Assembly (NCBI GenBank): GCA_965228735.1
Contig: OZ245838.1
Coordinates: 1,824,001-1,888,000, forward strand
From: Planctomycetota bacterium
GTDB lineage: Bacteria; Planctomycetota; UBA1135; UBA2386
Direction of reading: 5' to 3'
DNA: 64,000 bases
The position numbers and the translations under genes were made by a program. Below are positions 1 through 11,274 of this stretch, piece after piece (position 1 is the stretch's first letter; the number at the start of each line of letters is the position of its first letter). The notes beneath the pieces are model-generated. The model saw only the letters and a program-made list of their open reading frames with translations. It ran no database searches and was not told the DNA's origin.

Positions 1-116
1 GACCCCGATCAGCAGGTGTTCGCGCACCTGATGCAGATGAAGAAGTCGGCGACCCGGATCGTGATCCGCGCGGGTCAGCGCGCGGCCGAGCATCACCTCA
101 ACGTCACGGCCGATCG

Positions 117-2201
117 GTGACGCGAGAGCGCGCGGACTCCGGCGGCACCGCCGCGGTCGTCGTGCTCGCCGGGCTGGCGCTGGCGACGATCGGCCTCGTC
201 GTGTGGCTGGCGCTGGCCGGCTCCGACGACGGCGTGATCGAGCCGGGGCCGCGGTCACGAACGTCGAACGCGGCGCCGATCGACGGCGATCGCGCCGCGG
301 CGAATCCGGGCAGCGACGGCAGCCCGACGCGCCCAACCAGCGCGATCCAGGGCCGCGACGCCGCGGGCCTCGATCCGGAACTGGCGAACGCCGACGCGCC
401 GCAAGGCGTGAGCGGCCGCTTGCTGCGACCCGACGGCACGCCGGCAGCGCAGGCTCACGTCGAACTCGTCGCGTCGACGTTGACTGACGGTTCGACCGTC
501 GCGGCGACGACCACCGCCCCCGACGGCACGTTCGCGCTCGGCGTCGAGCGACCGGGCCAGCCGGTGCATCTGACCGCGCGATGCCAAGGCCTGCCGCCGC
601 TGCGGGCGGGCCCGTTTCGCCCGCGCCCCTCGACCTGGCTGCACCCGGGGGATCTGCGTTTCCCGGTCGCGGTCGCCGTGCACGGCCGCGTGATCGATCG
701 CGCGACCGGTGCTGCGATCGCGGGCGCCGAGGTCGCGATGTCCGATCACGAGCCGCTCCGAACCACCGTCACGGCATCGCCGGCGCGCACGACGACGGTC
801 ACGGACGCGACGGGCGCGTTCCGGTTCGAGGCCGCGCGGAGCGGAGCGGAGCACGACTTCACGGCGATCGTCCCCGGCTACGCCCGCGCCACGCTCGGTC
901 CGCACCGCATGCCCACCGCGGGCACGGCTGCGATCACGTTCGAGCTCGAACGCGGCGCCGAGCTGCGCGGCATCGTCGCCGATCCGAGCGGCCGCCCCGT
1001 CGGCGGCGTCGAGCTCGAGCTCACCCCCGTCGCCGAGGCCGGCAGCGCGCCGCCGGGAACGGCGACCGCCGTCACGGTCACGAGCGGGCGCGACGGCACG
1101 TTCACCGTCGACACCCTGCGACCCGGCAGCTACCGGGTCGCCGCCAGCGGTGGCGGCTACCGCACGACCGCGCCGACCACCGCCAGGACCGGCCCCGAGT
1201 TGCTCCGGGTGCGCGTCGTGCCCGAGCCGTGGCTCCGGCTGCGCGTGCTCGGAGCCGACGGGCAACCGCAGCGCCGCTTTCGCCTCGAGCTCAGGAACGT
1301 CACGGGCAGCACGCTCCGGCACTCGCTCCGGCTCGCGGGCTCCGGCCCCCGAACGCTCGGCCCCGCGGACCACGGCAGCGACGGCTTCGTCGCGCTGCGC
1401 GGGTTGCCCGCCGGACGATTCCGCTGCGCGATCATCGCACCCGACCACGCCCCGACCGTCACCGAGCCGTTCGCCGTCGTGCCGGGCGGCACCGCTGCCG
1501 CGGCGGAGCTCACGGTCCGGCTCGACCGCGGCGGCAGCATCGCGGGAACCGTCGTCGATGCCGCCGGCCGACCGATCCCCGCCGCCGTCGTCCGGGCCGT
1601 CCCGGCCGAGCTCCCGACCGCGGGATCAGCCCCCGCCGAATCCGCGCCCGGAGAATCGGGGCCCGGAGAATCGGGGCCCGCCCCGCGAGTCGGTCCCGAT
1701 CCCCGCACCCTGACGAACGCGGCAGGCCGGTTCCGGCTCGACCTGCTGCCGCTGCAGGACTACGTGCTCATCGTGCGCCACCCGGACCACAGTCAGGCCC
1801 GCACGACCGCCAGCCTGCGCGCCGAGCGGCCCAGCCGGGATCTCGGAGACGTCCTGCTGCCGCGGGGCGCGGCCGTCGCCGGCCGCATCACGGTCGACGG
1901 CAAACCCGGCGGCCGGGCCCGCGTCGTCCTGACAGGACGCCGGGATTCCGGCCGTTCCGGCGAGCCCGAGCGGGCCGCCGAGGCCCGTCCCGTCGTCGCC
2001 ACGGCGTTCTCGGGCCCGGACGGGCGCTACGAATTCCCGCGTCGGCTGCCTCCGGGGGAATACCGGATCCACGTGCAGCGTCTGAACGGGAGTTCCAATC
2101 CCGACCGCGCGCTGTTCGATATCCGCGAATCCCAGCGCCCGATCACGATCCCGCCCACGCGGGAGCGCCTGACTTTCGATTTCCAACTGCCGGCCCGCTG
2201 A
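117..2201 (+). CDS. Membrane-anchored carboxypeptidase regulatory-like (CarboxypepD_reg) repeat protein
   Basis: N-terminal TM helix followed by repeated 'GRV.D..G.PI.GA.V...TD..G.F' beta-sandwich units; paralog of the next gene (shared DAPQGV.GR.L and DGTFALGV motifs). Confidence 0.8.
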   Translation: MTRERADSGGTAAVVVLAGLALATIGLVVWLALAGSDDGVIEPGPRSRTSNAAPIDGDRAAANPGSDGSPTRPTSAIQGRDAAGLDPELANADAPQGVSGRLLRPDGTPAAQAHVELVASTLTDGSTVAATTTAPDGTFALGVERPGQPVHLTARCQGLPPLRAGPFRPRPSTWLHPGDLRFPVAVAVHGRVIDRATGAAIAGAEVAMSDHEPLRTTVTASPARTTTVTDATGAFRFEAARSGAEHDFTAIVPGYARATLGPHRMPTAGTAAITFELERGAELRGIVADPSGRPVGGVELELTPVAEAGSAPPGTATAVTVTSGRDGTFTVDTLRPGSYRVAASGGGYRTTAPTTARTGPELLRVRVVPEPWLRLRVLGADGQPQRRFRLELRNVTGSTLRHSLRLAGSGPRTLGPADHGSDGFVALRGLPAGRFRCAIIAPDHAPTVTEPFAVVPGGTAAAAELTVRLDRGGSIAGTVVDAAGRPIPAAVVRAVPAELPTAGSAPAESAPGESGPGESGPAPRVGPDPRTLTNAAGRFRLDLLPLQDYVLIVRHPDHSQARTTASLRAERPSRDLGDVLLPRGAAVAGRITVDGKPGGRARVVLTGRRDSGRSGEPERAAEARPVVATAFSGPDGRYEFPRRLPPGEYRIHVQRLNGSSNPDRALFDIRESQRPITIPPTRERLTFDFQLPAR

Positions 2202-2259
2202 ACCGCTCCTCCCCGACCGCATCCGCGCGCCCCCCACTGTCACTACGCCTGAGACTCCC

Positions 2260-4374
2260 GTGAATCCCAGCCGCATCCTCATCCCGCTCCTGCTCGTCCT
2301 CGGGCTCGGCGCTGCCGCCTATTGGTTCCTCATGCGCCCGACGGATGACGTCGTGACGCCGACGCCGGACCCGGGTGTCACCCAGGCCACGGTGGAGACG
2401 CCGCCCGAGCCGGTCGATCCCGGCCCGACGGTGTCGCAGGGGAACGTGAACGACGCGCCGGAGCAGGGCCCGGGCGACGACCCGGTCACGCGGCAGCGCG
2501 TCGAGGCGGACAACACCAACTCCGATGCGCCGCAGGGCGTGAAGGGTCGCATCCTGCTGCCGAGTGGCGGTCCGGCGGCCAACGTCCCGATCTACCTCAT
2601 CGAGAGCATGATGAACGACCCGATCAAGGTGTTCATCCTGACGAAGGCCGGCAAGAGTCCGCCGCCGGTTTCGAGCGGGCAGACGGCCGAGGACGGCACG
2701 TTCGCGCTCGGCGTGCGTGAGCCGGGCAAGTCGTTCGACCTGCGCATCGCGAGCGACTACCACCCCGAGCTCACCCGCCAGGGCATCAAGCCGGCGGCCG
2801 ACGACTGGTACGACACGGGCGATCTGACGCTCGAAACCGGCCGCCAGGTCACGGGCCGCGTCGTCGACGAGATCACGAAGGGCCCGGTCGCGGACGCGAC
2901 GGTCTACCTCGTCGAGAGCAACCAGGCGCACACGATGCTGCCGACGCCGGGGCGCGAACGCGGGATCATCGCGATCACGGACAACACCGGAGCGTTCCGG
3001 TTCGACAACGCACCGCAGAAGGGCAACGTCAACCTGCTCGCCGAGGCCCCCGGCTTCGCGGCCGGTCGCAAGGACAACGCCAACGTGGCGGAGCTCGACA
3101 ACGTCACGATCGAGATCTCGCGCGGCCGGCCGATCGCCGGCGTCGTCGTGAACATCGAGGGCGAGCCGATTCCCGGCGCGACGGTCGTGGCCCAGGGCCT
3201 GAGCCAGAAGACCCCGCAGACGGAGAAGACCACGACCGACCGCACGGGCGTGTTCCAGTTCCCGAGCCTGCGCGACGGTCCCTACACGCTGGTCGCCAAC
3301 GCGACCGCCTTCGGCGAGGCCAAGACACCGCCCGTGATGGCCGGCGACGTCGAGGCCAAGGTCGTCATGGTCCAGCGCCCGTGGGTCAAGCTCAAGGTGC
3401 TCGGCGCGCACGGCAAGGGGATCCGGAACTACAACGTCAGCCTGAAGCGCTACTTCCCCAACAACCCGCTCGGCATCGGCAACGTGCCGGAGTTCCGCGA
3501 TCGCCGCGTCAACCCGTCGGACTACCCGGCCAAGTTCGGGCGCGAGTGGGCCGTCATTCACGGCGTCCCGAACGGCGAGTACGTGTTCCAGATCAAGGAG
3601 CGCGGGCACGCGAAGTCGCTGTCCGAGCCGTTCACCGTCCGCGAGGGCGCCGAGCCGGTCGAGGTCGTGGCGCAGCTCACGATGGGCGCGTCGATCGTCG
3701 GCCGCGTCGTCGACGATCAGGGCGTGCCGGTGCGCGGCGCGATCGTGAACACGGACATGAACAACGCGTTCCAGGGCAGCGGCGGGATCTTCGACCTGTT
3801 CAAGTCGATGATTCCGGAGCGCCACAGCAAGTCCAGCACGCGCACGGGCGGCGACGGCCAGTTCCGCATGACCAAGCTCGCGTTCGCCGACTACATGGTG
3901 CGGGTCTCGCACGCCGACTTCTGCGAGGGCCGGCAGCTCGACATCACGCTGTCCGAGGAAGGACAGGTCGTCGACGTCGGCACGATCCAGCTCATGAAGG
4001 GCACGATCGTGCAGGGCTACACGACGGTCGCCGGCCAGGCCGCGGGCCAGGTCAAGGTGACGATCACGGTCCCGCAGGAGCAGCAGGCCCAGGCGCTGCG
4101 CAACAACGCCGGCAAGGACGGCGGCGGCAACGCGCAGGCCGCGACGTCGACGATGGCGCAGATGTTCTCCGCGAACGTCATCAGCCAGAACGACGGCAGC
4201 TTCCGCATGCTGAAGCGCGTGCCGCCGGGCACCTACAAGATCACCGCGTCCCGCAACGCGGGCGACAACAACCCGTTCGCGATCCTGCTCGACATGCGCG
4301 AAACGGAGCAGACGATCACCCTGCGGCCGGGCGAGGACGTCCGGAAGATCAACTTCGATCTGCCCTCGCGGTGA
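2260..4374 (+). CDS. Membrane-anchored carboxypeptidase regulatory-like repeat protein
   Basis: N-terminal TM helix, the same repeated motifs, typical host codon usage. Confidence 0.85.
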   Translation: MNPSRILIPLLLVLGLGAAAYWFLMRPTDDVVTPTPDPGVTQATVETPPEPVDPGPTVSQGNVNDAPEQGPGDDPVTRQRVEADNTNSDAPQGVKGRILLPSGGPAANVPIYLIESMMNDPIKVFILTKAGKSPPPVSSGQTAEDGTFALGVREPGKSFDLRIASDYHPELTRQGIKPAADDWYDTGDLTLETGRQVTGRVVDEITKGPVADATVYLVESNQAHTMLPTPGRERGIIAITDNTGAFRFDNAPQKGNVNLLAEAPGFAAGRKDNANVAELDNVTIEISRGRPIAGVVVNIEGEPIPGATVVAQGLSQKTPQTEKTTTDRTGVFQFPSLRDGPYTLVANATAFGEAKTPPVMAGDVEAKVVMVQRPWVKLKVLGAHGKGIRNYNVSLKRYFPNNPLGIGNVPEFRDRRVNPSDYPAKFGREWAVIHGVPNGEYVFQIKERGHAKSLSEPFTVREGAEPVEVVAQLTMGASIVGRVVDDQGVPVRGAIVNTDMNNAFQGSGGIFDLFKSMIPERHSKSSTRTGGDGQFRMTKLAFADYMVRVSHADFCEGRQLDITLSEEGQVVDVGTIQLMKGTIVQGYTTVAGQAAGQVKVTITVPQEQQAQALRNNAGKDGGGNAQAATSTMAQMFSANVISQNDGSFRMLKRVPPGTYKITASRNAGDNNPFAILLDMRETEQTITLRPGEDVRKINFDLPSR

Positions 4375-4430
4375 GAGCACCCTCGACGGCGCTGTTGGCG
4401 ACGCTCTAATGGGGCGTCGCGCAGCGCCTC

Positions 4431-5621
4431 ATGTCGAGACCCCACGAAGATTCCCCCGCCCCACGGGCCAACCGCGATTCCGGCGATTCGGCCAGCGGCG
4501 ATTCGGCCGAGAGGGGGCCGGCCAACTACTGGGACTACATCCAGGTCGAGCAGCTGCTCGCGATGCAGCGCGGCACCGCCAAGGCGGAAGCCGAGCTGAC
4601 CGACGACGAGGTCCGCTTCATCGTCATCCACCAGATCGACGAGCTGTGGTTCAAGCTCGTCCTGCGTGAGCTCGTGAGTGCGCGCGACCTGTTCGCGCGC
4701 GAACCGGTCCCCGAGGACGCCGTCGCGAGCGCCGTTCTGCAACTCGGCCGCGTCGCAATCTGCTTCGACCTCGCGTCGCAGCACTTCCGCCTCATGGAGA
4801 CCATGCGGACGCAGGACTACCTGCGCTTCCGCGACAAGCTGCACCCGGCCAGCGGTTTCCAGTCCGCCCAGATGCGCGAGATCGAAGTGCTGCTGGGTCT
4901 GCCCGATGGCGCCCGCATCCCGCTCGGCAACGAGGGCAGCTACCTCGACGCGCTGCGCGAGGCCGACGGCAGCCCATCGCCCGCGCTGCGCCGCGTCGAA
5001 CGCCGCATAGCCGACCTGCCGACCCTGAAACAGGCCGTCGACAACTGGCTCCACCGCACGCCGATCGACGGCAGCCACCCCGGCGACGACGGCGACGACG
5101 CCACCGTCCAGCGCTTCGTGGATCGCTATCTCGAGGGTCACGAACGGATGTACGACAACGCGATCGCACAGGCGGTGCAGATGCAGGCCCTCGCGGACGC
5201 CGACGAGGAGCGGCTGCGGGCCCGCTACCGCGGCCAGTTCGAGAGCGCCGAGCGCCACCTGCACGCCGAGGACGTGCCGGCGGAACAACGGCCGTTCGTC
5301 CGGCGCCTGCGCGCCGCGATCCTGTTCATCGACAGCAACCGCCGACTCGCGCTGCTGAGCTGGCCGGGCCGCGTCATCGACACGCTCGTCGAGCTCGAGC
5401 AGGCCATGCTCACGTTCCGCCAGCGGCACGCGCGCATGGTCGAACGCGTCATCGGCCGCCGCGTCGGCACGGGCGGCAGCGACGGCGTCGCGTACCTCGA
5501 TCAGACCGCGCTGACGTATCGCGTGTTCACCGAGATCTGGGCCGCGCGCACGCTGCTGCTGCCCCCGGAACTCTGCCCCGAGGTCAGCGACCCCGAGTTC
5601 TACGCCCTCCGCCAGGACTGA
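4431..5621 (+). CDS. kynA: Tryptophan 2,3-dioxygenase family protein
   Basis: Motifs Y.DY, FIVIHQIDELWFK, SGFQSAQ.R.IE and RHARMVERVIG...GTGGS.G..YL. Confidence 0.9.
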   Translation: MSRPHEDSPAPRANRDSGDSASGDSAERGPANYWDYIQVEQLLAMQRGTAKAEAELTDDEVRFIVIHQIDELWFKLVLRELVSARDLFAREPVPEDAVASAVLQLGRVAICFDLASQHFRLMETMRTQDYLRFRDKLHPASGFQSAQMREIEVLLGLPDGARIPLGNEGSYLDALREADGSPSPALRRVERRIADLPTLKQAVDNWLHRTPIDGSHPGDDGDDATVQRFVDRYLEGHERMYDNAIAQAVQMQALADADEERLRARYRGQFESAERHLHAEDVPAEQRPFVRRLRAAILFIDSNRRLALLSWPGRVIDTLVELEQAMLTFRQRHARMVERVIGRRVGTGGSDGVAYLDQTALTYRVFTEIWAARTLLLPPELCPEVSDPEFYALRQD

Positions 5622-5631
5622 CCCACCCGGA

Positions 5632-6836
5632 TCAGCGGCGACGGAAGCGGCGGTTCTCGGGTCGGGACAGGCGCCGCGTGAACGTGAGGAGGCCGTCGCG
5701 CTGGCGCCGCTTGCGGAAACCGAGCAGGTGGAAGATCTCGGTGACGAACCAGCGCGCGACGCCCCGGTTCACGAGGATCGTCGTGCGGTCGTCGGGGTCC
5801 CGACGCACACCGGGTAGCAGGGTGACGAAGCGATCGCAGCGCAGCCAGCGCAACGCGGCGGCGACGCGCAGCCAGAACCGTCGCACCCGCCGCGCGAGGA
5901 AGAAGCCGTCGTCGCCCTGCGGCTGGTAGAGCGGCAGCATGACGAGCGCGGGCCGCGGTGCCCGGATCTCGCCCGAGCGGTCGCGCGCGAGAACGTCGCC
6001 CTGCTCGACCGGCTGGAAGTTCACGAACCCGGGCAGCATCTCGAACTCGTCGGCCGGCGCGATCACGTGCCGCAGGACGATCTCGACGACCGGCGGCGTC
6101 GCGCCGACCGCGGCCGCGAGCAGGTCGACGAACGGCGCGAGGTCCGGCGCCGTCCCGTTCCGCTGCGCGGGACCGAGCATTCCGAGGTAGTCGAGCGTGC
6201 GCCACACCGCCGCCTCGTGGCGGTTGACCGAGCCCGGATCCTCGTGCTGCCCGGCCTCGACCGCGAGCCCCATGACGCCGCGATCGGCGAACCACTCGAG
6301 CGAGGCGCCCTCGAGCGTCTCTTCGATGCCGAGGATGATCGGCACGCCGGTCGCGAGGCCGAGACGGCGATTGTCGATCGTGTCGGCGAGGCAGAGGAAC
6401 GGCGCGCCGGGCGCCGAGCTCGTATGCAGGTCGAGCACGACGACCGGACCGCTCGCCGTCTTCAGCAGCTGTTCGAAGTGCGCGATGAGCTCGCGCTGCT
6501 CACGATCCTCGGCCAGCGGCTCCGCGCCGGCGGCCGCCGCCGCGGCGACGCGGTCGCGCATCGCCGCGATGCTCCTCGCATCCCAGCCGCGGTTGAGGTC
6601 GCGATCGAGGAACCGGCGCTTCGCCGCGAGCGCCGCGACGTTGCCGCGCAGCGCGACGACGCGACCCGCGATCTCGAGCTCGAGCTCGGACAACCGCGCC
6701 AACAGCTGCCGCGCGGCGTGCACGCCGGCGGGCTCGTTGCCGTGCACGCCCCCCAGGACGATCAACGTCGGGCCGGGTCGCCCGCAGTCCCAGGTGCCGA
6801 GTTCGCGCGGCGTCGTCACGACGTCGAGCACGTCAC

Positions 6837-6840
<4 letters not shown>
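5632..6840 (-). CDS. Succinylglutamate desuccinylase/aspartoacylase (M14-like) family protein
   Basis: Motifs GGVHGNE, RFLDRDLNR, LDLHT, VEAG; start overlaps the upstream gene's stop. Confidence 0.85.
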
Positions 6841-8765
<1,925 letters not shown>

Positions 8766-8916
8766 GGGCGAGCGTCCGACGATACCGACTCCACCCGCGA
8801 ACGACCGCCCCAAAACCGCACACGGGGCCGGCTGGCCCCGTGTCTCGCATCCGCACTTGTGCGAAGGCCGTCGAGCGCAAGAACCCGTCAGGTGATCAGG
8901 CTGACGCCGCCGGTTT

Positions 8917-9114
8917 CCGGCTCCGCGCCTAGCGGAAGAACTCGTCCGGCTCCGCGCCTAGCGGAAGAACTCGTTCGGGAGCTGGCTCCGCCAACTAGCG
9001 CCGGCTCCGCGCCGAGCGGAAGAACTCGCCCGGGAGCTGGCTCCGCCAGCTAGCGCCGGCTCCGCGCCTAGCGGAAGAACTCGTTCGATAGCTGGCTCCG
9101 CCAGCTATCGAACG
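8917..9114. repeat. Tandem 55-bp palindromic (REP-like) repeats: one 29-bp partial unit plus three units
   Basis: ccggctccgcgcc(t/g)agcggaagaactcg begins at 8917, 8946, 9001 and 9056; units contain tccgc/gcgga and ctggc/gccag hairpins. Confidence 0.85.
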
Positions 9115-10334
9115 AAGCCGTTGAACATGATCCGCTTCTGCTTGACGATCGGGTGCGTCAGGTCGACGACGAGGTCGCCCTTGAGCAGGCCGCGGGGCGC
9201 GTCGTCGGAGACGGCGATCTCGACGATGAGCTTGTTGCCATCGTTGCGGGTCGAGACGGAGACGTGCTCCTCGCCGATCGTGAGCTTCTCGAGCGTCAGC
9301 TTCTCGGCCTCGATCTTGGTGCCGTCGTTCGGCTCGAAGACGACCTCCTTCTTCATCTCCTTGCCGCGGCGAATCATGCCCAGCGGCAGGAAGCCACCCG
9401 GCTTGACTTCGAGCGGGCCCTGCACGAGCGCCATGACCCGCAGGTCGAACGACGACTGGCCGCGCACGTCGGTGAGGAACTTGAGCACGCCGCCGCCGCC
9501 AGCGTCCGTGCCGACCGGGCCGTACTTGCCGGAGATCGTCCACGTCGCGCGGTCGTTCTCGAGCTTCTTCTCCCACTTGACGTCGAACGCATCGCTGCCG
9601 CCCGTCATGCCCGTGATGTTGAAGTCCGGGTTGAGCGGCGAGGTCACCCGCACGGTGAACTCACGCGTCTCGTTCCACGTCATCTTGTTGAGATTGATCT
9701 CCGACGGCGAGACGACGAACATCTTGGCCGACTTGCCGCTCCAGCGCAGCTTGAACTGCGACAGGTCGTCGTCGGTCGTGTGCACGTCGAGGTGCGCCAC
9801 GCGCGGGCCGGGCACGTTGGGGATGTCGAGGTGGACCTCGACCTCACCCTTCTCGCCGGCGCCGATCGTGATCTGCTGCACGCGCTCGCGCTCGGGGCCC
9901 GTGCCGCTCTTGTTGAGACGGTAGAGCTCGTTCGGCTTCGGCTTCGACGACAGCTCGTACGTCCGATCGCCGACCCGGATCACCGCCTTCGCACAGGTGC
10001 AGCTGCCGCGCAGCGAACGCCAGCTGATCTCCTCCGACTTCGGGTTCTCGAACTCGAAGCGGCCGACCGCCTTCTGCGCGCCGAAGAACGTGCCGAGGTC
10101 GATCTCGGTCACCGGGAACCACGAGTTCGGCGGCAGCTTGTTGACCCCGAACTTCTGCGGGGTGGCCGTCTGGAACTTCGGGCGGTTCGGCTGGACCTTG
10201 CCAGCGTCCTCGCCCGCCTTGAGGTCGGCGCCGGTCTTGGCATCGACCTTCTGCTGGGCGCGCAAGCCGTTGTCGGGCAGCGCGATCGCCAGCATCGTCA
10301 GGCCGGCAGTAGCGATTCGGAGGTGCAGTTTCAT
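9105..10334 (-). CDS. Secreted DUF1573-like (Ig-like) protein
   Basis: Signal peptide MKLHLRIATAGLTMLAIAL; 'F.FEN......I...SCTC' motif. Real start is inside the longer 771-aa ORF call. Confidence 0.7.
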   Translation of the reverse strand: MKLHLRIATAGLTMLAIALPDNGLRAQQKVDAKTGADLKAGEDAGKVQPNRPKFQTATPQKFGVNKLPPNSWFPVTEIDLGTFFGAQKAVGRFEFENPKSEEISWRSLRGSCTCAKAVIRVGDRTYELSSKPKPNELYRLNKSGTGPERERVQQITIGAGEKGEVEVHLDIPNVPGPRVAHLDVHTTDDDLSQFKLRWSGKSAKMFVVSPSEINLNKMTWNETREFTVRVTSPLNPDFNITGMTGGSDAFDVKWEKKLENDRATWTISGKYGPVGTDAGGGGVLKFLTDVRGQSSFDLRVMALVQGPLEVKPGGFLPLGMIRRGKEMKKEVVFEPNDGTKIEAEKLTLEKLTIGEEHVSVSTRNDGNKLIVEIAVSDDAPRGLLKGDLVVDLTHPIVKQKRIMFNGFVR

Positions 10335-10595
10335 TGTTCGTTCGACTCGTCGGGATCGAGACTTTCTGGCTCGCAACCCGCAGAAACCCTCCGTGCGGGC
10401 GCTCCGGGCAACCACCAGACGGGCCGGAGCGGAATCCGGTCGCCGTTTGGGACGGAGCAGTATACCGATCGTCGAGCGAAAAACTCCCGGACCGAGCCAG
10501 GCCTTCCCGCGTTGGGACCAGAGCCGGAACGCCGCTGGGACCGGCGGTGCCGCCCCCTCGCTGGAATGTGGCGCCCGACCCGGCACGATGCCCGA

Positions 10596-11249
10596 ATGGC
10601 AATCCGGCTCGCCGCTCTCGCGCTGCTCCCGTGCCTCGGCCTCGGGAGCTGCTGCACCATGGCCCGGCTGTTCTGCGGCCCGGACAAGTCCGAGTGGATC
10701 AGCGAGTCCTACGCGACCCCGACGGCCACGGTGAAGACGGTGCTCGAGGCGATCCGGCGCGACGATCCGGACGTCATGTATCGCGCGTTCTCGGAGAGCT
10801 TCAAGGCCAGCAACGGCTTCGACAACATGACCTACAAGCTCGCCTGGGAGCAGCTCAAGGAGACCATCCCCGGGCTGCACCTCGCCGGCTACGCGGACGT
10901 GCCGGAGCCGACCCTCGGCGACAACGGCGCGACGTTCGTGCTCGACATCGAAGGGCGCAAGCTGCGCCTCGACCTCGTTCGCCAGTCGTTCCTCGAGATG
11001 CACTGGCAGCGCGAAGTGGCCGACGACCCCGACGCGCCGCCCGGCGAGATCAAGCGCCGGCTCGGCTCCTTCAGCCAGGCGATGTCGGCGACCTACCTCG
11101 AGGACGCCGAGGTCGAGACCTCGCGGATCACGCTGCGCCCGTTCCTCGTCGAGCACTTCAACGAGGACGGCATCCCGCTGCGGAACATCGACAGCGTCGG
11201 CATCCTGCGGCGCTGGCTGGTCGCGGGCCTCGAGTTCCTCGAGGAGTGA
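10596..11249 (+). CDS. Putative lipoprotein
   Basis: MAIRLAALALLPCLGLGSC lipobox-like N-terminus; 3' part of the 9153..11249 ORF with good codon usage. Confidence 0.7.
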   Translation: MAIRLAALALLPCLGLGSCCTMARLFCGPDKSEWISESYATPTATVKTVLEAIRRDDPDVMYRAFSESFKASNGFDNMTYKLAWEQLKETIPGLHLAGYADVPEPTLGDNGATFVLDIEGRKLRLDLVRQSFLEMHWQREVADDPDAPPGEIKRRLGSFSQAMSATYLEDAEVETSRITLRPFLVEHFNEDGIPLRNIDSVGILRRWLVAGLEFLEE

Positions 11250-11274
11250 TCGAGGCCCGCGACCGCGGACCGCC

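Noticed and set aside
8917..9114. Possible CRISPR array
   Set aside because: The sequence between repeats is itself repeated, there are no unique spacers, and no cas genes are present.
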